Positions 35,696 through 39,134 of a DNA stretch of 39,134 bases are shown here, in pieces. Below the pieces are notes generated by a model that was given only the letters and a program-made list of their open reading frames with translations, did no database searches and had not been told where the DNA came from. The stretch comes from Octopus bimaculoides (lineage: Eukaryota): positions 35,767,777 to 35,806,910 of the forward strand of contig NC_068997.1 of NCBI RefSeq assembly GCF_001194135.2. The letters are read 5' to 3'. The translations under genes and the position numbers were made by a program. Within the stretch, counting starts at the first letter, position 1. Every line of letters begins with the position of its first letter.

Positions 35696-35741
35696 ACCAC
35701 AACACTTCAGCTGATTTACTCTCCAGCCTTCATCAGGTGAG
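35696..35741 (-). ncRNA. Degenerate minimal hammerhead ribozyme in a short repeat
   Basis: - strand reads ctcac-CTGATGA-aGGCTG-gagagtaaat-CAGCt-GAAgtgT-T-gtggt. The departures from GAAACGT are transitions. Confidence 0.6.
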
Positions 35742-35910
35742 CTGGTAAAATTTTCAACCCAACCCTGGGTTCTCATTCCTAAAACTAAAAGAGGCAGCAT
35801 ATATGCTAGGACACAATAACCTCCTTGTGCAGATATGAGTAGAACATGGGAACTGGTATTAAGGAAGGATACAAAAATAGCCCTAAAATTCATTCTATAA
35901 TTGCCCACAG

Positions 35911-36010
35911 GCATAAAGCATAATGGTTAAGAGCGCGAGCTGCTAACCCCAAAATTCTGAGTTCAATTCCAGGCAGTACCTTGAATAAATAATAATAATA
36001 ATAATAACTA
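35911..36010 (+). mobile_element. Short tRNA-derived SINE with a (TAA)n tail
   Basis: gcataatggttaagagcg...gagttcaattccagg, then taataataat. Confidence 0.65.
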
Positions 36011-36012
36011 AT

Positions 36013-38828
36013 TCTTGTTTTATTGGCCACAAGGGCTAATATAAATTAAAAACATGTAAGGACAAAAGACAGGACGAAGGGTACAAAGGGTTTTGTCCAA
36101 AAACAAAAACATTCGTGTAAACAATAATAACAGCAAAAATATAACAAATAAAACTCCCAATAGGGGGAGGCGTTTTGAAAAGTTATACGTGGAAGAATCC
36201 ATAAAAGCCACGGGAGTCTAGTTAGGAGGGGTAGAGAGCCCCTTCTCTTTTATATTACCTTTTTTTTTTACAGGTGTAACCTTAGAATTGGTCCGTTCAT
36301 ACTGGCCATTTTACCAACAGTCACCCACCCTTCAATAAATTTGCTACGAGACAGCACTTCCCTCTCTACTCTCATCTTCCTTTTCAAGTGGAACTTGAAA
36401 AAGTTGATGAGGCCTTGACCAAAGAGGAAATTGTTTGACTATAGCCCTTTCAAACGGGTCCACCATACCACCTCATTTGCTACAGCCACTAGACAAAGGA
36501 AAATTGCCTTGCCCTCCCAGTTAAAGGAGATCAGCAGGTCAATCTTCACTATAGATTCAGCTGATAGCCGGATCCGTCCTACACGTGATAGTAGCTGTTC
36601 GACATAAACCCACAGGTCAGCAATACTCAGGCACTGGATGAATGCATGCAGAATGGTTTCGTCGTTCTGAGCGCATCTCAGGCAGGCTTGGCTGACAGCA
36701 CTTCCGTGCCGGTAGAGTTTATCTCGAACAGGCAGCGCCCCTCGGTAGCACTGCCAGGCGAGGGACCTTTGAAAGTTATCCATGGGCCCTGGCCTGAAAG
36801 TTCTTCTGAACAGACTGTTTAGCTGATTATTGTCGACACCTAGAGTTTCCCCGAGAACATTGTCGCACTTTTCCTCCACTAACCCTCTATAGAACGCTTG
36901 GAGTGGAACTACTACCGATCGCTTTACCCGCTTAGCTGAAGGCAGTGAAAGCTTGGTGGCACTTGAGGTGACAAGCGCCCTTTCTCGTTCTATGTTTGAT
37001 CCAAGATTGCAGCTCTGTCAAAGAGACGAGCTGCAGAAAATTGTGTCTGACGAATGGCGACCAGGAAACGCTTGAGATGCCGTAGCCTGAGCACATGTTT
37101 GCGCATCAGCAACCACTGCATGCCAAAGCCTCTGTTCAGTGGCTGTTGACAGCAGATAGAGTGCCTGACTAGTGGAAACCTGACCCTTCCACAGAAAGTC
37201 AAAGAGCAAGTGCACCAGTGGTCTGGACAAGGAGCGACGGTCAAGCGGTAATAGATGACGGATGCGATGTACGCATTCGTCACCTTCATTTGATCTTTCA
37301 GGGACAGCTTCCTCTTGGCTCATTACTGGGTAAGATTGGCCACCCTGCTCATCACTTCTTCCCAGTTTTTCTCCACCGAACCAGACCCCGAGCAGTTTAG
37401 CAGGACCATCTGTCCAACACCCAACGACGCTGTTGGATAGCATGGACTTGCCCCTCCAGGTGCCTAGTTGCAAGCCCACTGACTTTTCCACGTTAATTTT
37501 CGTACCTGTCACCGCTTCGTACTCATTTAGTGTCTCGCCAATCAGGTCGATGTGCTTGTGGCTTGAGACCGTCATGGTGACGTCGGCATAGGCAGACATG
37601 CTCTTTCCACATCCCAGATCGCGCGGGACACCCCTCAAAGCCTCCAACTTCTGCAGTAATGGCTCGAGAGTCAAAACGTAGAGGAGGGAGGAGAGAGGGC
37701 ATCCTTGGCGAATCGAATGCGAGATGTTGAACAGCTCGGAAAGGTGACCGTTCACCCGTATGACCGAGCAGATGCTGCTGTATAAAGCAGCTATCCACCC
37801 GTGGAAGACCAGACCAAAACCTACTGCCTTGAGAACAGCTGCCAGGTATCAATGGTAGACCGTATCGAAGGCTTTAGACTGATCTAAATTGATCAAAGCC
37901 TCACCCGCTCCAGCTTCGTTACCCACTCTCTCTATGATGTAGCGCATGAAATGGAGGTTACTTTGGATAGACCTTGTCAGTACAGCGCATGTCTGCACCT
38001 TGCCGATCAGCTTGCCCACGACAAGCGCCAACCTCTTGGCTAACACCTTGGCCAAAATCTTCAACTCTGCATTGAGCAGAGTGATGGGCCTAAAGTTCCC
38101 TATCATTTCCCCCTTGTTTGGGTCCTTTCTTAGCAAAGCCACCACTCCTCAACAAACAAAAGCAGGAATTTTCCCGTTTTGTTGCCAGTTGCAGTAGACG
38201 CTCGCCAAGACGCCTGCAAAAAAGTCTGGCATTGAAGTATAAAGCTCATAGGGCAGACCATCCAAACCCAATGATCTACCTCTCGTGCAGCTTTTCATCG
38301 CTTCTTGTACTTCCCAGGCAGATATGGGTCCTTCGCAGCACTCCGCTTCGTTGGTCAAAAATCGTGACAGGCTGCCCAGGTACACACCGAAGTCTGTCCT
38401 ACCGTTCATCCCAAACAATCAAGTAAAGTGCTGCTGAAAGGCCGCACACATCTGCTTCAGTTTGGAAACCTCGCAGCCGTTCTGGTCCACCAAAGACCGA
38501 ATGGTTGCCCTGTTGCCACGCTTCGCCTCTGCCACGCAGGCCCATCGAGTGGCCTTAGTCCCCTCCCCGCTTACCAAACGTGCCGTAGCTCTGACAACAC
38601 AGTCTTCGTGTTTGGCGTCAAAGTGTTGGTCAAGGGCCAACCTGGCTGCCAACATGTTGGTTGTGATGCCTGTCCCAAGAGCCTTGTCTAGTTTCTTAAC
38701 TAAATCCTGCTCTGTTTTCTTACATTCTATAGCTAGAGCCTTACTAAACTTAATCGATTCTGCTCTAATTGCCCTATTCAGGGTGAACCACCAGTTGTTA
38801 TTGATGATTGCCCCCATTAACGCCCTCT
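36013..38828 (-). mobile_element. 5'-truncated L1/Tx1-like LINE ORF2 (RT plus C-terminal zinc-binding region), pseudogenised
   Basis: NFRPITLLNAELKILAKVLAKRL, INLDQSKAFD, SIRQGCPLSSLLYVL, YADV(T), LAWQCYRGALPVRD...CLRC...ETILHAFIQC. AATAAA at the 3' end and a candidate TSD TAACTAAT (36005-36012 / 38829-38836). Confidence 0.92.
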
Positions 38829-38841
38829 TAACTAATAAACT

Positions 38842-39134
38842 TGTAGTAACGCCTGCGCATGCGTAAAATTAAACAAGCAAGCGTTTCCCGCTCAATTCAT
38901 TCTCTTTCTCGCTGGCCAGCGATAGAGCAAGGACGTGTGTTTAAGCTGTCTCTACATCTTTCGGTCTTATACTCGACAGCTCGTTATTCTCACCTCTAAA
39001 GATTTGTATATTTTACCAAGTAAATAAATGTTGTTTAAGTTGTTTAGTCTGGAGTTCAGCGTTCCGTTGTATTTCTTTAATTTTATAGTAGAAAGTCAGG
39101 TATACAATCTAAAGATGTATAACCCACTTTCTAC
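38842..39134 (+). mobile_element. Probable LTR (solo, or the edge of an element)
   Basis: Starts TGTAG and the window ends ...CTAC, which would complete CTACA. Internal TGCGCATGCG (38854-38863) and AATAAA (39023-39028). Confidence 0.45.

Overview
Repeat-saturated, AT-rich animal genomic DNA with 6 N-gaps. The SINE and RTE families look like Octopus/coleoid cephalopod repeats (inference). The only host gene is the 3' end of an acetyl-CoA transporter (SLC33A1/AT-1) on +, seen as three spliced exons at 23281-23389, 23895-23998 and 28708-28872; the ORF track misses all three. No earlier exon was found, so 1-23280 is probably one large intron. The rest is transposon material: RTE, CR1/L2-like, L1/Tx1-like and HERO-like LINEs, Penelope-like elements (PLEs), a deleted Helitron, a TTAA-flanked piggyBac derivative, Tc1/mariner relics, tRNA-derived SINEs and a probable LTR at the right edge. 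The most notable signal is five type I hammerhead-ribozyme motifs. The one at 11210-11301 (-) looks fully intact, with a palindromic helix III and an extended helix II.
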